From positions 50,498-82,497 of the forward strand of contig NZ_LWLG01000007.1 in the NCBI RefSeq assembly GCF_001652585.1: a stretch of 32,000 nucleotides of DNA, read 5' to 3'. Below are positions 28,947-32,000 of this stretch, piece after piece. The notes below the pieces were generated by a model, which worked only from the letters and a program-made list of their open reading frames with translations, did no database searches and was not told the DNA's origin. Position 1 is the first letter of the stretch; the number at the start of each line of letters is the position of its first letter. A program made the position numbers and the translations under genes. Origin of the DNA: Thermosulfurimonas dismutans. Lineage in GTDB: Bacteria; Desulfobacterota; Thermodesulfobacteria; Thermodesulfobacteriales; Thermodesulfobacteriaceae.

Positions 28947-30179
28947 TTACAAAACTTTTAACTTTAAGCTATCTTTTTCCTCAGCAATAATTACTTTTTC
29001 CTGGCCTTTAGCAGCAATAGTTTCTCCAATTTCGAACCATTTAACCCAGCCAAGAGGCCAAAATTTATTTTGTTGAATTTTCACCAGTCTTCGACTTTTA
29101 GGAGCCATAATCTTTCCTCGATCGTGCCGGAGACGATTCCTGATTTTCTGCCGTAACTCTTCAGGAAGCAACATAAAAATGGTGGTGCTGAGCAGTCCTC
29201 CGCCCCAACCCAGCCGAAACATTTTTCCCGGATAGGGCTTTGCGTAATAATTAGTGGGACCATTACTAAACACCTTTCTTTCGTAATTCCAGAAATCTCT
29301 AAAAAATTCCTGAAGCGTAATCAAAAATTCTTCTATAGTTTTAGGATAAATATCAAAAGGTATTTGCGGGGAGACGTTTTTCTGGAAGTGAGAAAGTAAT
29401 GTCCGGTCAAGAAGAAGTTCTAATTCGTAAAGGTAGCCCTTTGGCAAAGCCTCCACAAATAAAGGCCTTTCTTTAGGAAAAAATTTTCCTCTATGCCAGG
29501 AAAATATTTGAACTTCAAAAAGTCCGGTAGTTCGCTGAAATAAGGACTTGACATCTCTAATTTTTAAAATTCGTAAGTAGTCCGTATGAGGATCGTTAGT
29601 CTGCTCATTTAATCTGAAATTTTGTAGCCAGAAATTTATAATTTTCTTGAAGGGCTCTCTTTTTGAAATTTGATTTTGGCGTAGCACTTGATATATCTTA
29701 TTCAGTAATTTATTTTCGAAAACTTCGGAATCTTCGTATTTTATCTGTTTCAGAATTCTATAAAGTAAAGCCGTCCGGAAAACACCTTTTATACTCGAAG
29801 CCGGAATAAAAGGAATACCAAAAGCATCCCTTATTTGAGATTTAAATTGCTTAAAAGAGCGATTAGTTTTCAGTTCTATTTTTGAGTAAGATATATTAGA
29901 GACTAAATTTTCGTCAATATTTTCTATATATTTCTTAAGAAACTCAACAATGTTTGGTTTTTCTCCTTGTAGCGCCCATGAAACAAATTCATTTATTAGG
30001 TTTTTATTGGCTAAAAATTTACTAAATTTATTTTCGGAAAGAAAATAAACATGATTTTCTACTTTTAAGTATTCAAAAGGCCCGACAAAGAGATTTCTAT
30101 TACTAATATGGAGGGGAGTGTCAATTTGTAAAGCTATCTTCTTTCTTTCCACTATTTTATTTTCAACCATTTTCATCAA
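28947..30179 (-). CDS. csm5: Type III-A RAMP protein Csm5
   Basis: 410 aa. RAMP motif [16 protein letters not shown] and Gly-rich loop [11 protein letters not shown]. The probable ATG at 30176 overlaps the csm4 stop (TGATG). Confidence 0.75.
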
Positions 30180-31156
30180 AATGGAATGGTTAAAGCTAAT
30201 CCATAGCGATATATCTTATGAGACAAACTTCCTAAAGTTACATCTTCAGGGGTAATATCTACTATAGTTCCGTTAAAACTCTCTTTGAGAACCGAACCCT
30301 CCTTTAAAAAGCGTATTCCCTTTCGTTTTAGAGGAAGAGCTATACGGCCGGAGGTTATCCATCCTCTGGAAATGCCGATTTTGTAAGCTTCAAGCCCGTT
30401 TTCTAATCTCGGGATCTCTTCCCCGGAAGGGATAAGCCGAGAAATAAGCACCTTGCAAGGACTTGAGTGGCTTAGCAATTCTTCAAATTGTTTTTTAAGC
30501 TCTTCCTCCGGTTCTTCTACCTCAAAAACTCCGCAACCGTAGGTCCTTTCCCCTCCCAATCCGATTTCCCCTAAAAGGGCAAGACCTTTCATAAAAAGGT
30601 TTACGCCTTCCTGATTTCCAACCACCACTCCCCAAAGTCCCCCTTCTTTCGCATATTGGATATATCCTTCGTGAAAGAGATTGCTTTCCAGACCTTCTCT
30701 ATCCAGAGCTACACGGGGGCGAATAATTCTTTTATATGCCCGTTGATAACGTTCTTTCTGGATAGTGTAAGCAGTCTCAATTATTGAAGAAGAAACTTCT
30801 CCTTTTAACCATTCTTTATAAAGATTTAAAGGTACCCAGTCCGTCTTTTTGAAGATCTTGAAAATATTAGACCGTTCTTCCTTGGCAGGCACAGCGAAAT
30901 GAGGCTTAGGAAGAAAATAGCAGGTTTGATAATATATAAACAGGCTTGATATTCGAAACGGGGGACTTTTTAAAAATTTCTCGCATATTTCGGAAGCCTT
31001 TTCTATTCCCCAGAAAGCGCTTACCGCATTTAGCCAAGCCGAAAACAAAGTATCCGACCCTACCCACTCGGAAACACTTTCTAAATCTATTCCAGTCTCC
31101 CCGAAATGCGTAAATCCTTTAAATTTCAACTTGAAAATTTTATATTTCATAACCAA
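30176..31156 (-). CDS. csm4: Type III-A RAMP protein Csm4 (Cas5-like subunit)
   Basis: 326 aa. The N-terminus reads [15 protein letters not shown]...[13 protein letters not shown], and the Gly-rich motif is [14 protein letters not shown]. The ATG at 31150 is an alternative to the TTG at 31156. Either start overlaps the PIN gene stop. Confidence 0.8.
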
Positions 31157-31583
31157 CTTTTATCATCAATTCTTGAGTAGAGATTACATCCTCAAACCCT
31201 TTTTCCTTTAAACCTTTGAATAGTTTTTTATCTCCAGTCCATAGAAGCGCTTTAAGCTCTATAGCCAAAGCTACAAACGGAGTATCGCTTTCGTCTATCT
31301 CTTTACAGAGTTGCCAAGCTTTTTGATAAGCTTCTTTAGAAATATATCTTTCATTTACAAATTCGATCTCTTTTATGATTTGATGTACAAAATATTCTAA
31401 TTGCTCAGGTTCAAATTTAGTATGTTTTATAATCTTACTTTTAAGACTCAGCAACTCTGTAATAGCAGAATTGCAGGAGAAAAGATCAAAAATTTGTGAT
31501 GTTATTATTTGTCGTATGTGACCTGTTGCTGACAATAAAGCCGAAAATATTATATTGGTATCCACTACAATTTTAATCTTCAC
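31140..31583 (-). CDS. PIN-domain toxin (VapC-like, PIN_3-type)
   Basis: 147 aa with a GTG start. The acidic residue series is IVVDTNI, ITELL, DESDTPFVALA and WTGDKKL. Confidence 0.8.
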   Translation of the reverse strand: MKIKIVVDTNIIFSALLSATGHIRQIITSQIFDLFSCNSAITELLSLKSKIIKHTKFEPEQLEYFVHQIIKEIEFVNERYISKEAYQKAWQLCKEIDESDTPFVALAIELKALLWTGDKKLFKGLKEKGFEDVISTQELMIKVGYEI

Positions 31584-31812
31584 TTAATATGCCTTTCTCT
31601 ATTAAAATTTTCTTTCCTTCTTTTTCCCACCATGCTCTTTTAGCCTGATCAGCTAAATCATTTATCTCTTTTTCTGATAATTTTATTTGTGTTGCTATTT
31701 CTTCCATTTCTAAACGCTTTAACAACTGTCTGATTACCTCCTTGGGAACAGTTTTGGGTATTTCTATAATAAAACTCTCTGCATTTTCTTTAAATTTAAT
31801 ATTTAAAGACAT
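31573..31812 (-). CDS. Putative antitoxin cognate to the PIN toxin
   Basis: The 79-aa ORF overlaps the PIN start by 11 nt, the classic antitoxin-toxin arrangement. Its SD (GGAGG) is formed by the last codons of csm3. No family was recognised. Confidence 0.5.
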   Translation of the reverse strand: MSLNIKFKENAESFIIEIPKTVPKEVIRQLLKRLEMEEIATQIKLSEKEINDLADQAKRAWWEKEGKKILIEKGILSED

Positions 31813-31813
31813 T

Positions 31814-32000
31814 TTAACCTCCAGAATTTTTAAATTTTTGATGAATATTTTCTATAATTCTACCAAACTCTTTCAGTTCAACTTTTTCATGGTTTTCTAT
31901 TTGAAGTTCCTTAACTTCACCGTTTTCAAATTTTTTTCCGGTAATTTTTATATCGTGGATTTTTACCTGGCCGTAACCCCTAGAGCCGTGTCCCCCCAGA
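31814..32000 (-). CDS. csm3: Type III-A RAMP protein Csm3, C-terminal 61 codons (5' part beyond window)
   Basis: My own translation of the minus strand from 31999 gives LGGHGSRGYGQVKIHDIKITGKKFENGEVKEL...KFKNSGG, with a stop at 31816-31814. GG-GSRGYG is the conserved C-terminal Csm3 motif. The ORF is absent from the track because it has no start in the window. Confidence 0.7.
   Translation of the reverse strand, partial: LGGHGSRGYGQVKIHDIKITGKKFENGEVKELQIENHEKVELKEFGRIIENIHQKFKNSGG

Overview
This is a 32-kb bacterial chromosomal window with compact gene packing, where many stop and start codons overlap. Lineage cannot be verified from the sequence alone. Bases 1-22.5 kb hold ordinary core genes: a 5'-truncated B12-type radical SAM gene, a PaaI thioesterase, waaA, ligA, an ACT protein plus paaK-like ligase, and a + strand string of overlapping genes (HD hydrolase, Fe-S/CCG protein, PflX-like radical SAM, metallophosphatase, hypothetical, xerD, cca-family, M50 protease, trpS). 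These are followed by sfsA, dprA, a kinase-like ORF, cheX, ykgJ-like, queC, ahcY, metK and pyk. An orphan 26-nt tRNA-Glu-like 3' end with encoded CCA sits between metK and pyk. From 22.5 kb to the window end lies a minus-strand type III-A-like (Csm) CRISPR-Cas locus with an unusual, partly decayed architecture. Its order is csm3 (partial), antitoxin-PIN cassette, csm4, csm5, HEPN-fragment::MNT fusion, CARF-RelE fusion, csx1 (CARF-HEPN), a TPR::degenerate primase-polymerase-like gene split into three frames, a strong terminator, an AT-rich leader, a 5-repeat/4-spacer array, a frameshifted cas1 whose C-terminus is replaced by a Cas2-like segment, and an intact cas2. cas10/csm1, csm2 and cas6 are not in the window and presumably lie beyond 32000. 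All three frame disruptions found in the window sit at homopolymers inside this locus. The most interesting items are the TPR-AEP-like gene, the tandem CARF effectors, the toxin-antitoxin cassettes embedded in the csm operon, and the cas1-cas2' chimera. All family assignments rest on motif recognition by eye and memory; no searches were run.
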